A DNA stretch of 64,000 nt. It comes from an uncultured Spirochaetota bacterium. GTDB taxonomy: Bacteria > Spirochaetota > Spirochaetia > SZUA-6 > Fen-1364. The stretch is taken from NCBI GenBank assembly GCA_963734545.1, contig CAVTHO010000008.1:480001-544000 (forward strand). Direction: 5' to 3'. Each line of letters starts with the position of its first letter. The stretch's first letter is position 1. Below, piece after piece: positions 53,038 through 64,000 of this stretch. The notes below the pieces were generated by a model. It made no database searches. It saw nothing but the letters and a program-made list of their open reading frames with translations, and had not been told where the DNA came from. The position numbers and the translations under genes were made by a program.

Positions 53038-54097
53038 CTAGTCCTCCTTGTGGATGAGCTCGGGGAAGAACTGATCGATCAGCACGGCGAATATCAGAAT
53101 GACGCCCACGGCAATGAACTTGTCAAATGTCGGCACGCCCATCATCTTCAAGCCCATTTCCAGAACGGAAAGGATGAGGACGCCCAGGATGGTCCGCCAC
53201 ACGCTGCCCAGGCCGCCGAACAGGCTCGCCCCGCCGATGACCACGGCCACCACCGCGTCCAGCGTGAAGGCGGCTCCCGCATCCGCCTTGCCGGTCACGT
53301 ACTCCAGCATGTAGATGATACCGGAGAGAGTGGCAAGGAATGACGAGATGATGTACACGACGACGAGGTGCCGCTTCACGTTGATCCCCGCGCGAAGGGC
53401 GGCGTCGATGTTGCCGCCGATGGCGTACGTGTGGCGGCCGAACCGGGTGCGCTTGAGCACGAATGCCGCCACTGCCACGACAAGGACGGTGACAACGACC
53501 ATTGTGGGGATGACTTCGAACACGACGGTGCCTCGCGGCACATCCGGCCGCGTAAAGAACGAGAGGCCTCCGCCCTTGACCCAGTACATGAAGTAGCCAT
53601 TGCCGATGACATTCGCGAGGTTGGGAACATTGATCGCCGCCGATCCCGAGGAGAGGAGCAGGGCGGTGCCGTACGTGATCCCCTGGACCGCGAACGTGGC
53701 AAGGAAGGGGGGAACCTTCAGCCGCGCAACGAGCAAGCCCGTTCACGAGCCCCGGCAGCAGCCCCAGGGCCAATGTGATCGATATGGCCAGGAGCAGGGA
53801 CAGCTCGGGGGCCAGGCCCATGCGGTCGAATCCCGCCGCGAGCTTGGCCGATACCACCGTGGCGAACCCCATGACAAAGCCGACGGAAAGGTCGATGCCC
53901 GGACCGCCGCTCACGATGACGAAGGTCTGCGCGGTGGCGAGGAGGGCCAGCGTGGTGCTGTAGAAAAGTATGATCTGGAGCCCGTTGAGGCTGAAGAAGC
54001 CGCCTCCCAGGAAGCTGAAGAGAACCAGCTCGAGCAGGAGGAATACTATCGCCCAGCGTTGTCCGAGGAATGATGCAAGTCCCATGCGCCTTGTCAT
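53038..54097 (-). CDS. Sugar ABC transporter permease (RbsC type), frameshift near 53737
   Basis: IDLSVG, VPPFLAT, RFGRHTYAIGGN, AVVIGGASLFGG. Confidence 0.9.
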
Positions 54098-54115
54098 CTG
54101 CCGCTCCTTGGACGA

Positions 54116-55201
54116 CTAGAATAGATCCGGGAAGAGCTGATCGATCACGATCGCCACGATGAGGATGAGCCCGACCGCGATATAGCGATAGAAAGGGTCC
54201 ACGCCGGAGAGGTTGAGGCCATTTTCCAGTACCTTGAGGATGACCACACCGACAGCCGAGGCCGCGATCCTCCCCTTACCGCCCGAAAGGCTCGCCCCGC
54301 CAATGATGACCGCGGCGATGGCGAAGAGCTCCAGTTGGGCACCGAAGGTAGTATAGTTTCCAGTCCCTGCCTGGAACAGGTCGATGATTCCCGCGAGTCC
54401 CGCAAGGCCCGCAGAGAGAACGTACACGAAAACGAGGTGCCGCCTGGTGTTGATCCCGGCGCGCACGGCCGCGTCCATGCTCCCCCCGATGGCGTAGGTG
54501 TGCTGGCCGAAACGCGTGTTCTTCAACAGGTGCCAGAGCACGGCCAGGGCGACGAGAATGAAGAAGAAGGAAAAGGGAATGACTCTTACCAGCTCCCTGA
54601 TCTGTGCGGAGGCAATGCCGTCAGGCCGAGCGAGGAAGTTCCACGCACCCGTGGGAGGATGAAGATAGAGCAGATAGCCGTTGCCGATCTCCGTGAGCCC
54701 GGGGGGAATGAACCCGACGGGAAAACCGCCGCAGATGTGGTAGGCAACACCGATCGCGATGCCCTGCGTGCCGAGTGTCGCGATGAACGGAGGAACCCTG
54801 AACCGGGCAACCAGCGTGCCCGCAGTCAGCCCGAGGGCGAGGCTTGCCGTCATGGCCACCGCGATGCCGAGAAGCACGCACGCGACGGGCGACCAGCCGG
54901 CGGCATAGAGGATCTGCATGGTGCTGGCGGAGGATACGGCAGACAGCCCGAGGATGAAGCCCACCGACATGTCGATTCCGCCCGAGATGATGACGAAGGT
55001 CTCCGCGCAGGCAAGGAGCAGGGACGTGGTGGCGAGGTGAACGATGCTCTGGAAATTGCTCAGGGCAAAGAAGTTTCTCCCCGTGAAGGAGAAAAAAACG
55101 AGCGTGAGCAGGAGGAAGAAAAACGACCAGTTGCGCGCCAACACGGCAAAGAAAGTTCCCGGAGTTTTTGCGCTGGCGATGACGGCAGATCTATCCCCCA
55201 T
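54116..55201 (-). CDS. Sugar ABC transporter permease (RbsC type)
   Basis: GGIDMSVG, VPPFIATLG, IAAVIIGGASLSGG. Confidence 0.93.
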   Translation of the reverse strand: MGDRSAVIASAKTPGTFFAVLARNWSFFFLLLTLVFFSFTGRNFFALSNFQSIVHLATTSLLLACAETFVIISGGIDMSVGFILGLSAVSSASTMQILYAAGWSPVACVLLGIAVAMTASLALGLTAGTLVARFRVPPFIATLGTQGIAIGVAYHICGGFPVGFIPPGLTEIGNGYLLYLHPPTGAWNFLARPDGIASAQIRELVRVIPFSFFFILVALAVLWHLLKNTRFGQHTYAIGGSMDAAVRAGINTRRHLVFVYVLSAGLAGLAGIIDLFQAGTGNYTTFGAQLELFAIAAVIIGGASLSGGKGRIAASAVGVVILKVLENGLNLSGVDPFYRYIAVGLILIVAIVIDQLFPDLF

Positions 55202-55270
55202 TGCAACCTCTTCCTTTTGTCGACTGTACATCAGAACGGGTATGCCCGCAATGTGAATATGGAAAGAAAG

Positions 55271-55313
55271 GGCCGGCCCCGGATGATCGCGTGCGCGATC
55301 GAGGAAGCCGGCC
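55271..55313. terminator. Intercistronic hairpin after the binding-protein gene
   Basis: GGCCGGC...GATCGCG-TG-CGCGATC...GCCGGCC, followed on the minus strand by CTTTCTTT. Confidence 0.55.
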
Positions 55314-55325
55314 CAATAGCGGGAT

Positions 55326-56318
55326 CTATTTGTAGATGTACTGCTGCATGTCAGCGGCGTTCACGTTGTCCTTCGTGAAGAACTGGAACCCAGGGATGAT
55401 CTTCTTCTGCGGAGCGGTCTTCGAGGACAGGTACTTGAAGCCCGAGTCCACACCGAGAGAGCCTATCTCGCCCGGCAGCTGGGCCAGCACCATGTCGATG
55501 TCGCCGGCCTTGAGCGCCGCGATGAGCGTCGATGTCGCGTCCCAGGAGGCGATCTTTACGGCGCCGGCCAGGCCCGCGTTCTTGACCGCTTGGGCCGAGC
55601 CCTGGGCGCTGAACACGTTGACTCCGAAAATCGCGACGATGTCAGGGTCCTTCTGGAGGGCGGCCGTGGTCTGCTCCATGGCCTTCTGCTGGACGTCCAT
55701 GCACCAATCCATGCCAATCAGCTTCATGCCGGGGAACTCCGCGATCCCTTCCTTGAAGCCATTGCCGCGGTCGACGACGGAGGAAGTATCGGGATTGGTG
55801 TTGACCACGTAGACCTTGCCCTTCTCGCCGACAAGCTTTGCCAGGTGCTCGGCGATCTGCTTGCCGCCCAGCTTGTTGTCCGTTCCGATGTAGGCAAGCG
55901 GGAAGTTGTAGTCGCTGGCCTTGGAGTAGTCGCCGTCCCCGAGGTAGGTGTCCACCGTGATGACGGGGATTCCTTTGTCATAGATCTTCTTCAGGGGCGC
56001 AACCATGGCGGTAGAGGAAATCGGGGCAATGAGAAGCAGGTCGATTCCGCCCTTGGCCATCAGCGCGTCGAGGTTGGGGTTCTGATATTCGGGTCCCCAC
56101 TGCGTGGGATAGTCGCCCACGACCACGTTCACGCCGAGCTCCTTGGCCTTCGCCCTTACTCCCCGCTCCATCGTGGTGTAGAACGGATCCGCGATGCCGG
56201 GCATGAAGGCGATGGTGAATGTTTTCTTCGAAGTCTCACCGCCGCCGGAAGCGAAAATCGGCATCGCCATCAGCACGACGAGTGTCGCGGCAATGAACCA
56301 GATCAGAGATCTCTTCAT
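55326..56318 (-). CDS. Sugar ABC transporter substrate-binding protein (RbsB/LacI fold)
   Basis: Signal peptide, DPFY, GIPVITVD, IGTDNKLGG; SD AGGAGG. Confidence 0.93.
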   Translation of the reverse strand: MKRSLIWFIAATLVVLMAMPIFASGGGETSKKTFTIAFMPGIADPFYTTMERGVRAKAKELGVNVVVGDYPTQWGPEYQNPNLDALMAKGGIDLLLIAPISSTAMVAPLKKIYDKGIPVITVDTYLGDGDYSKASDYNFPLAYIGTDNKLGGKQIAEHLAKLVGEKGKVYVVNTNPDTSSVVDRGNGFKEGIAEFPGMKLIGMDWCMDVQQKAMEQTTAALQKDPDIVAIFGVNVFSAQGSAQAVKNAGLAGAVKIASWDATSTLIAALKAGDIDMVLAQLPGEIGSLGVDSGFKYLSSKTAPQKKIIPGFQFFTKDNVNAADMQQYIYK

Positions 56319-56370
56319 ACAAACCTCCTGTGACATTTAGAGAGAGTGGTTGACAACCGCCTTGTATAAA

Positions 56371-56387
56371 TGCAATCGACGTGCCAA
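56371..56387 (-). promoter_or_regulatory. Sigma54 (-24/-12) promoter
   Basis: Minus strand TTGGCACGTCGATTGCA = TGGCAC-N5-TTGCA; the operon ends with an NtrC-type activator. Confidence 0.85.
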
Positions 56388-56574
56388 AAAGGGACAGATC
56401 GGACGGATAGCTGTTATGTCCTTTCGCAGAAAGATATTATGTGTTCCGCACGGCTCGCAGCATTCCTGCCGCCCTGGCCCGCCTGGATACCCTGGCTATC
56501 CAGTTGATGGATACCCGGGGTACGCACCGGCGACCCCGCTCCCCATCGCCGCCACATTCTGTTAATGTGTCGCG

Positions 56575-57887
56575 GTGAGCCTTCTCCGAGCCATCCGGCG
56601 GGTTTCCAGGCGGCCGCTTTCATCGCACATCGAGCGCGCATGCGGGCCGTTGGGGCTGCGCCGTCTGGCGGGATTGAAATGGTTCTGGCTGGACGGCGTA
56701 TTCAGCCAGGCCCAGGAAAGCTTTTCCACTGACTACATCCCGCTGTTTGCCCTTGCCGCCGGGGCATCGCCGGGGAGCATAGGTCTCCTGGCTGCCGCGG
56801 CCAGCCTTCTGAGCATCGCCGGCTTCCTGCCCGGCGCCATCGTGGGGTCGCGGCTGCAGGGCGCGAAAGCCGTTTGTGCTTGTCAGCGGCGGCGCGGTGG
56901 GAAGGCTCTTTCTGCCGCTTCTCGCGCTTTCACCCTTGCTGGTGCCATCCGGCGCCTCGCTCGTCTTCCTCATCATCGCGCTGAATGCATTCCGGATCCT
57001 GGCGGGAAGCTTTGCCAATGCATCCTGGACCTCCCTCGTCGCCGACCTCGTGCCCAGCGCAAACCGGGGCAGGTACTTTGCCAGCCGCAACATGGCCATC
57101 GGCCTCGTGGCCCTCGTGGCTTCTCCGCTGGCGGGACAGATCATCGGAACGATCAATGGCCGGTTCGTGCACGCATTTCCCGGCTACCAGGTCTCCCTGC
57201 TCGCAGCCTTTGCGCTCGGCATGGTTTCCACCGTGTCGTTTTCCCGCATACCCGAGCCTCCCGCGCGAAAGCCCGCGCGGCTGCGCGAGAAGGCGCGCGG
57301 ATTCATCGAGCTCGTGCGGCGCAACCCGCCCTTCGCGTGGCTCGCGGCGAGCAGTCTCGTGTGGGGCGTATCGCTGACCATGGCCTCGCCGTTCTTCAAT
57401 GTGTATCTCGTCACGGCCCTGGGCGGAAACGCGGCGGCGGTCGGCACCGCGGCAGGCGTGTTCGCCCTGGCCGGCCTTTTCGGCCAGGCCGCGTTCGGCC
57501 GGCTCGACCGACCGCCGGGGAAGCCGCGCGATACTCGTTCTGACAGGCTTCCTCATCCCGATATTCCCCCTGCTCTGGGCGTTGGCCCGGGCGCCGCTGC
57601 ACGTGTACCTCATCAACGTGGGCTCGGGCTTCCTGTGGGCAGGATACAACCTGGCCGGCTTCAATATCCTGCTGGAGATGAGCCCCGCGGAAGACAGGGA
57701 ATCAGCGGTCGGCCTCTATCAGTCGGCCGTTGCGGCAAGCGCGGTTCTCGGCCCGCTGCTCGGCGGGTACCTCGCGGGCGCGGTCGGCTTCAAGGTGGTA
57801 TTCGTGCTGAGCGGCGTGGGCCGGCTGGCAGGTACGAGCCTCTTCCTGGCCATGGCGCGGCAGCGGAAAAGAGCTCCCGCGGCGTAA
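56575..57887 (+). CDS. MFS transporter, frameshifts near 56860 and 57515
   Basis: WTSLVADLVP..RGRYFASRN, GPLLGGYL; ~12 TM over three frame segments. Confidence 0.8.
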
Positions 57888-57924
57888 ATATTCGCCGCAC
57901 GATCATAAATTTGTCCTCCGGGTA

Positions 57925-57954
57925 TTGCAAAAATATCCACGACTCGCATACACT
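57925..57954 (+). promoter_or_regulatory. Possible sigma70 promoter of the polyamine ABC operon
   Basis: TTGCAA-18 bp-TACACT. Confidence 0.45.
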
Positions 57955-58041
57955 GCGCCTGCTGAGAGGCGGGATCGCAAGGTCGCGATCGAGCTGGTTC
58001 CAGCTTGCCGCGCGTCCGCGGCACAGGGAGGTCCTTCTGAG

Positions 58042-59213
58042 TTGGAAAGGCAATACAATCTGTCGGGGGTCGCCACCGCGGAGGTAACGCTCGTCGCCGG
58101 ACAGCGTTCGTCCGCCGGCGACGAGAGCGCGCAAGACCGCAGGGTCGCGGTCGCTGATCGCGGGCTCGCGATCGATGAGACCGCCGGGTGCGACCTGGCC
58201 GTCAATGGGGTGTGCAAGAGCTTCGGCCCTGTCACGGCTCTCGACGATGTATCGCTCAGCGTCGAAAGTGGAGAGTTCGTCACCATCCTGGGACCATCAG
58301 GATGCGGCAAGACCACCCTCCTCCGAATCGTTGCGGGGCTGGAGCTTGCCGACAGGGGCCGCGTGATCCTCGGCAGTGCGGACGTGACCAGGGTGCCTGC
58401 CAACCGCCGTCCGGTCAACACCGTCTTCCAGAACTACGCCCTTTTCCCTCACCTCAATGTTTTCGAGAATATCGCCTTCGGGCTGCGCGCCCGGCGGTTC
58501 CCGCCGACAGAGGTCGACAACCGCGTGCGCGCCGCGCTGGAGATGCTGCACCTGGAGGAGATGCCGCGCCGCCGCACTTCCCAGCTCTCCGGCGGGCAGA
58601 AGCAGCGCGTGGCGCTCGCCCGTGCGCTGGTCAACCAGCCCGACGTGCTCCTGCTGGACGAGCCCATGTCCGCCCTGGACGCCAAGCTGCGCGCCGAGGT
58701 CCAGCTCGAGCTGCGCAGGCTGCAGCGGCGCCTGGGCAAGACCTTCGTGCTCGTCACCCATGACCAGAACGAGGCAATGACGGTCAGTGACCGGATCTTC
58801 GTCATGCAGAACGCGCGCATCGTCCAGTCCGGTCCCCCGGCCGAGGTGTACGACAGGCCCGCAAACCGCTTCGTCGCGGAGTTCCTCGGCACGACAAACC
58901 TGATCCCCGCCTGGAGAAACAACGGCACCGTGCACACGGAGCTGGGGAACCTGTCCCCCCGCCTGCATCCCTCCTGGGAAAAGGGCTTTCTCTCCATTCG
59001 GCCCGAGCGGATCCAGCTCCGCGCCGCCCAGCCCTCCTCCAATGGCATCCGGGTCATCGTCTCCGAGGTCATCTACCGCGGCGGCCACCTCGACGTGTAC
59101 GTGCAGCCCGGGCAACCTTCACCTCCGGGGCACGCCCGGGCGCGACCCTCACCCCCGGCCAGCAGATCTGGCTGGAGCTGCCCTCCCGGCACCTGGAGGC
59201 GCTTGGTGAATAG
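58042..59213 (+). CDS. potA: Spermidine/putrescine ABC transporter ATPase, frameshifted near the 3' end
   Basis: GPSGCGKT, VFQNYALFPHL, LSGGQKQR, LDEP; TTG with SD AGGGAGG; likely stop TAG 59211-59213. Confidence 0.85.
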
Positions 59214-60114
59214 GCTCCTCGTCTGGTACGGGGAGCTTGCAACCACTCGAACGCTCACCGCCCGCGGCCTTGCTCTGCTTGCCATTCCCCTGGCGTGGAT
59301 CGTGGTCCTCCTGGTGGCCCCCCTTGGCGCGATGGTGGCGTGGTCGGCGGCTTCCCGCGTCGCCGACAGGCGACATCGAGTGGACATTCACGCTGGGCAA
59401 CTTCGCCCGGCTCGCCGGGTTCGACTCCTTCGGGTGGACCCGGGCGTACCTGTCCATCCTCGGCACCACGCTCGTCGTGTCCGCCGTGACGACGCTCATC
59501 ACGATCGCCCTCGCCTATCCGCTGGCATTCTTCATCGCCCGCAGGGCCCCTGCCCGGCGCTACCTCTGGCTGACCCTCATCATCATCCCCTTCTGCACGA
59601 ACCTCGTCATACGCACATACGCCTGGATGCTGCTCCTCGGCAACCAGATGGTGCCCGGCGCGACTCGCCCAGTGGCTGCACCTCATCGAGCCGTCGGCCG
59701 CCCTCTACCCTTCCACGATTCGCGGTGTTCATCGGCATGGTGTCCAACTCCCTGCCCTTCGCCGTGCTGCCCCTGTACACGAACGTGGAGAAGCTCGACT
59801 GGGCCATCGTGGAAGCCAGCCGGGACCTGTACGCCGATCCGACGCGGACCTTCCTGCACGGAATCCTCCCCCAGACCCTGCCCGGCCTGGTGACGGCCGT
59901 GATCCTCACGTTCATCCCCGCCATGGGCGCTTTCGTCATCCCCGACCTCCTGGGAGGCGGCAAGGCGTGGATGCTGGGCAACCTCATCCAGCACCAGTTC
60001 GGCGTCAGCCGCGACTTCCCCTTCGGCGCCGCGGTGAGCCTCGTGCTCACTTTCCTCACCATGGTCGGTCTTCTCGTGCTCCGCCGGTCGGGCGAAGAGG
60101 TGAGCATCCTGTGA
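59206..60114 (+). CDS. potB: Spermidine/putrescine ABC permease, frameshifted
   Basis: AYPLAFFI, IIPFCTNLVIRTYAW, LPFAVLPLY, EASRDL, IPDLLGG. Confidence 0.82.
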   Translation: MNRLLVWYGELATTRTLTARGLALLAIPLAWIVVLLVAPLGAMVAWSAASRVADRRHRVDIHAGQLRPARRVRLLRVDPGVPVHPRHHARRVRRDDAHHDRPRLSAGILHRPQGPCPALPLADPHHHPLLHEPRHTHIRLDAAPRQPDGARRDSPSGCTSSSRRPPSTLPRFAVFIGMVSNSLPFAVLPLYTNVEKLDWAIVEASRDLYADPTRTFLHGILPQTLPGLVTAVILTFIPAMGAFVIPDLLGGGKAWMLGNLIQHQFGVSRDFPFGAAVSLVLTFLTMVGLLVLRRSGEEVSIL

Positions 60115-60934
60115 CGCGCGGGAAGGGCGCCCGGCGCGGGCACACCCGGCTGATCTCGGGGCATTGCCGTTGCCACGATCGTTTTCCTCTACCTGCCGCT
60201 CGCTCGCCGTGGCGGCCATGTCCGCTGAACGCGGCCCGGTTCGGCGTGGCGTGGAAGGGCTTCAGCTGCGGTGGTACGTGCAGCTCGCGCACAACCCGAT
60301 GGTGCTCCAGGCGGGCCTGAACACGCTGATCCTCGCCGCCGTCTCCACGACCGCGGCCACGATACTGGGCACGTTCCTCGCCATCGGTCTCGAGCGCTTC
60401 CCCTGGCCCCGCTGGGTGCGGCGGCTCGTGGACGGCGTGGTCTATGTGCCGGTCGTCACCCCGGACATCGTCTTTGCCGTGGGCATGCTCCTGGCCTTCG
60501 AGGCGGTGCGGGAGGCGCTCGGCGGCCTGCGCCTGGGCATGGCGACGATGATCGTGGCGCACGTGACATTCCAGGTGAGCTTCGTGGCGCTGGTGGTGGG
60601 AAGCCGCCTGGCCACCCTCGGCCGATCAGTGGAGGAAGCGGCGCGGGACCTGTACGCGGGCACCTGGCAGTCGCTGCGCAAAGTGACGCTCCCCCTGATT
60701 GCCCCGGGGATCGTCGCCGGCGCCATGCTCGCCTTCACCCTGTCTCTCGACGATTTCGTCATCAGCTTCTTCACCTCCGGACCCAGCTCGGTCACGCTGC
60801 CGCTGTACATCTACGGCTCGCTGCGCCGGGGGATCACGCCGGAGATCCACGCTCTTTCCACAATCGTCTTCCTGGTGACCGTGGCCCTCGTGCTCGGGCT
60901 TCAGGCGTTCACCAGGAGCCCCAGGGAGGACTGA
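60111..60934 (+). CDS. potC: Spermidine/putrescine ABC permease, frameshifted near the 5' end
   Basis: AHVTF, EEAARDL, AFTLSLDDFVIS, TLPLYIY, TPEIHAL. Confidence 0.85.
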
Positions 60935-60937
60935 CCA

Positions 60938-62012
60938 ATGCGAAAGCTGCTGCTGCTCGTGCTCGCCTGCGTGTCTCCTCGCGGCCTGCGGCGGAAGGCG
61001 ACCCCTGCCGGCACCGCGCCCGGCGCGTCAGCCGCCGCGCCGGCCACGCGTGACGGTCTTCATGTACTCCGAGTACATCGATCCCGAGCTGGTGGAGCGG
61101 TTCCAGAAGGAGACGCGGGCTGAAGGTGGTCCTCGACACCTATGAGAACACCGAGGAGATGATGAGCAAGGTGGCGAGCGCCGGAGACCAGTACGACGTC
61201 CTCGTGGTTTCCGACCACGCCATCCCCGTCATGGCGGCAAAGGGCGCGTTCCGCGCCGCTGGACAGGAGAAGGATCCCCAACGCGAAGAACGTCGACGCC
61301 CGATTCGTCGCGCCCGCCTACGATCCCGCAGGGCAAGTACAGCCTGCCCTACCAGTGGGGCACGATGGGCATCGTTTTCCGCAAGGACAAGCTGCCCGGC
61401 TTCACCCCCTCCTGGTCCGCGCTGCTCGATCCCGCGCGGCAGCCGGGCCCGGTCGTTCTCCTGGACTCCATGCGCGACCTGATGGCGGCGGCCCTGTTCT
61501 ACCGGGGATTCTCCCCGAACACCCGGAAAGCGGATGAGCTGAAGTCGGCCGGCGACCTTCTGCGCGCGGCGCGCACGAAGCGGATGGTGGGTTTCTATGG
61601 AAGCCCTGACAGCGTTGCCAAGGTGCTTGCCGGAGACGCCTGGGTCGGCATGGCCTACAACGGAGATGCGGTTGCCAAGCTCGACGCGAACACCGATTTC
61701 GCCGTGCCGAAGGAAGGCACGATCATCTGGGTGGATGCAATGACAATCCCCGCCCGGTCACCGAACCCCGACGGCGCCTACAAGTTCATGGATTTCATCC
61801 TGCGTCCGGACGTCGGAGCGCAGCTCTCCACCTATCTCGCGTACGCCACGCCCAATGCGGCGAGCCTGCCCCTGATCAAGGAGGAAGTGCGGACCGACCC
61901 GCGCGTCTATCCCACGGAGGCGCAGCTTGCCGGGATGGTGATGCTGGAGGACGTGAGCAGCGCCACGACCCTCTACGACCAGGTGTGGACCCGGGTGAAA
62001 GCAGGCGAGTAA
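60938..62012 (+). CDS. potD: Spermidine/putrescine-binding protein, frameshifted
   Basis: YSEYIDPE, DTYENTEEM, PYQWGTMG, PKEGTIIWVD, AYKFMDF, YATPN across frames. Confidence 0.85.
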
Positions 62013-62030
62013 GGGCCGGGAAACCGCGGG

Positions 62031-62098
62031 CTCGCGGCCGGACCGAATGCCGCAAACTCGCGGCCGGGCGAAATGCCGCAAGCTCGCGGCCGGACCGA
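62031..62098. repeat. 26-bp tandem repeat (about 2.6 copies) between convergent genes
   Basis: CTCGCGGCCGGACCGAATGCCGCAAA / CTCGCGGCCGGGCGAAATGCCGCAAG / CTCGCGGCCGGACCGA. Confidence 0.85.
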
Positions 62099-62100
62099 TC

Positions 62101-64000
62101 TCAGCTGGCCGCGTCCGCCGAACCAGGTTCGGGCAGCGCGGCCGGCAGCGGGCTGGCTGGAAGGGCAGCCGCCAGCTCGGCCGGACCATCTATCTCCTCC
62201 CCCAGCGTAAATCGCTCGACGAGATGCTCGAGCTTGGCCGCCATGGTGGAAAGCTCCATCGTCGCCGCCGACATCTCTTCCGCCGCGGCAGATGCCTGCT
62301 GGGTGAGCTCGTTCACGTTTTCTATGGCCTTCGAGACCTGCCGGGAATTCGAGGTCTGCTCCTCGGTGGCCGCGGAGATGCTTTCGCTCATTCCGCTGAT
62401 ATCGCCGATGGCCTTGCTCACCGCGCGTATTCCCTCCAGCCCCTGGCGAAGATCGCCCGACAGGGCCTCGACGAGCTGGCTGGTCTTCTTTGCGCCCGCG
62501 ATGATGGCGTCCATGGCCGACTGGGAGGCCTCCGCGATCTGCACTCCCATGCCCACCGTCTTTGCGCTCGTGCCGATCAGGACCTCTATCTCCTTTGTCG
62601 AGGACGCGCTGCGGTCCGCCAGCTTGCTCACCTCTTCCGCGACCACGGCAAAACCGCGGCCGTGCTCCCCGGCCCGGGCTGCCTCGATGGAGGCGTTCAA
62701 CGCCAGGAGATTGGTCTGGTCTGCGATATCGGAAATCACGCTGATGATGCCCGCGATCTTCTCGGAGCTTTCCGAGATGGACTTGATGGCCGCGACGACC
62801 GTCGTGACGGATTCGGTTCCCTGCCGCGCCTTCTCCATTGCCTCGCGCGCCGCTTCCGAGACGCTGGCAAGCGTTTTCGACATCTGTTCCACGGTGGCCG
62901 AAAGCTTCTTGATGTCGGTGGAAGAGTTCTCCACGAATGATGCCTGGGCCTGCGCGTTCTGCGAAACCTGCCCCACCGAAGCGGTGAGCTGCTCGACCGA
63001 TGCGCTCGTCTCTTCGAGGGTGGCTGCCTGTCCCTGCGCGCCCGAGGAAAGCTGGCGGGCGGAGGCGGAGATCTCCTCGCTGGATCCCGCAACCTGCGAC
63101 GCCGCCTCCCTTACCTGACGCATCATCGCGCTGACATGTGCGCTCATCGTGTTGAATGCGATGGAAAGGTCCCCGAACTCGTCCTTGTTTCTCACCTTGA
63201 TTTCCTGGCTCAGGTCGCCCCCCGCGATCCGCTGGGCCGCGCCCACCATGGCGGAAAGGGGCGAGGTAACCACCCGGGTGAGGAAAATGCCGCAGAGTAT
63301 CGCCCCCACAATGCCCACTGCCACGCCTGCCACCACGACGCCGAGTGTCATTGTCTTCATCGACGCAACGGCGGCGAGACGTGTCGCAGCCGAAGCCTCC
63401 GTTTCTTTCAAGAGCTTGTCGACCAGGGGGTCCATGGCATCGAAAATCTGACCGTATGCCTCGATGTCGGCCGCGATCTTCGCATCGAGCGTGACGAACT
63501 GGGCAAGGAGATCCGTGTACTCTTGTAGGAGCTTCGCGGCCTGCCCTCCGCGGGCTCCGGACCTGGCAAGGGATGCCGACACCGATGCGATCGAGTCTGC
63601 CAGCTTTTTCGCGGCTTCGTCCTTGCCTCCTTCGAGGATCACCTCTTTTTCGAGTCTTCGTACCTGGCCGAATGCCCGGATCAGGGCCGGTCCCCCGTTT
63701 GCCTGGATTTCGAGCTCCGCCTCGTCTCCCTTGGCAACGAACTGGCCTTCGATTCCGGAGTCGAGATTCCCCTTTGTGATGAGAATGTCGGCGACCTGGC
63801 GGAAAGCAAAGTCGTATCGACCCGCCAGAGAGACAATCTGCGCCGCGTCTCCACGAGCTTCCGGGTCGGCCGCGGACAATTCCATGATCGACCGGGCATA
63901 CTTCAAGAGCTCATCAATATTTGCCTTCACTTCATCCTTGAACTTAGGATCGCCCGAGAGGAGGAACTCCTTTTCAGCCGCCTGGGCCTCGAACTGCGCC
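62101..64000 (-). CDS. Methyl-accepting chemotaxis protein (5' end outside the window)
   Basis: [36 protein letters not shown]; frame open to the window edge. Confidence 0.96.
   Translation of the reverse strand, partial: AQFEAQAAEKEFLLSGDPKFKDEVKANIDELLKYARSIMELSAADPEARGDAAQIVSLAGRYDFAFRQVADILITKGNLDSGIEGQFVAKGDEAELEIQANGGPALIRAFGQVRRLEKEVILEGGKDEAAKKLADSIASVSASLARSGARGGQAAKLLQEYTDLLAQFVTLDAKIAADIEAYGQIFDAMDPLVDKLLKETEASAATRLAAVASMKTMTLGVVVAGVAVGIVGAILCGIFLTRVVTSPLSAMVGAAQRIAGGDLSQEIKVRNKDEFGDLSIAFNTMSAHVSAMMRQVREAASQVAGSSEEISASARQLSSGAQGQAATLEETSASVEQLTASVGQVSQNAQAQASFVENSSTDIKKLSATVEQMSKTLASVSEAAREAMEKARQGTESVTTVVAAIKSISESSEKIAGIISVISDIADQTNLLALNASIEAARAGEHGRGFAVVAEEVSKLADRSASSTKEIEVLIGTSAKTVGMGVQIAEASQSAMDAIIAGAKKTSQLVEALSGDLRQGLEGIRAVSKAIGDISGMSESISAATEEQTSNSRQVSKAIENVNELTQQASAAAEEMSAATMELSTMAAKLEHLVERFTLGEEIDGPAELAAALPASPLPAALPEPGSADAAS

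Noticed and set aside
56350-56565. 71-aa ORF with GYPGY repeats
   Set aside because: Overlaps the sigma54 promoter region with a weak start; the repeats are better explained as short GGATACC(C) DNA repeats
57958-57972. TPP riboswitch (GCTGAGA motif)
   Set aside because: The other conserved TPP elements (ACCTGA, TAATxCC.GCG) are missing, and downstream genes are polyamine-type
57925-60114. Apparent PotA-PotB fusion (729 aa)
   Set aside because: Produced by frameshifts; parts of the ORF are out-of-frame sequence, and a potA stop and potB GTG are visible at 59206-59213

Overview
A 64-kb, GC-rich, gene-dense bacterial chromosomal segment. Tentatively spirochaete-like: the sugar-binding protein has an 'IFASGGGE' N-terminus and there are two MCPs, but this is not provable from the window. 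It carries metA, a chelatase/MoxR-like ATPase + VWA pair, a complete F-type ATP synthase operon (atpBEFHAGDC), ackA-hisI-hisG-thyA-folA, several one- and two-component regulators, a Lhr helicase, four metallopeptidases, a sigma54-driven sugar ABC operon and a polyamine ABC operon. I saw no rRNA, tRNA, CRISPR array or transposase. About 15 genes, including atpA/G/C, have single-base frameshifts that most likely reflect read/assembly error. Main unexplained signals: (1) a dispersed GTAC-cored, partly palindromic repeat family (unit GCATCGACGTACCCGGCGGATTYT), found between genes and in frame inside atpC, folA and at five sites in lhr; (2) a BTAD/SARP-MalT hybrid regulator next to two copies of a 58-bp promoter with ~11-bp-phased repeats that head membrane-enzyme genes; (3) an unannotated 34-aa (xAKK)n histone-H1-like microprotein with its own promoter and terminator.
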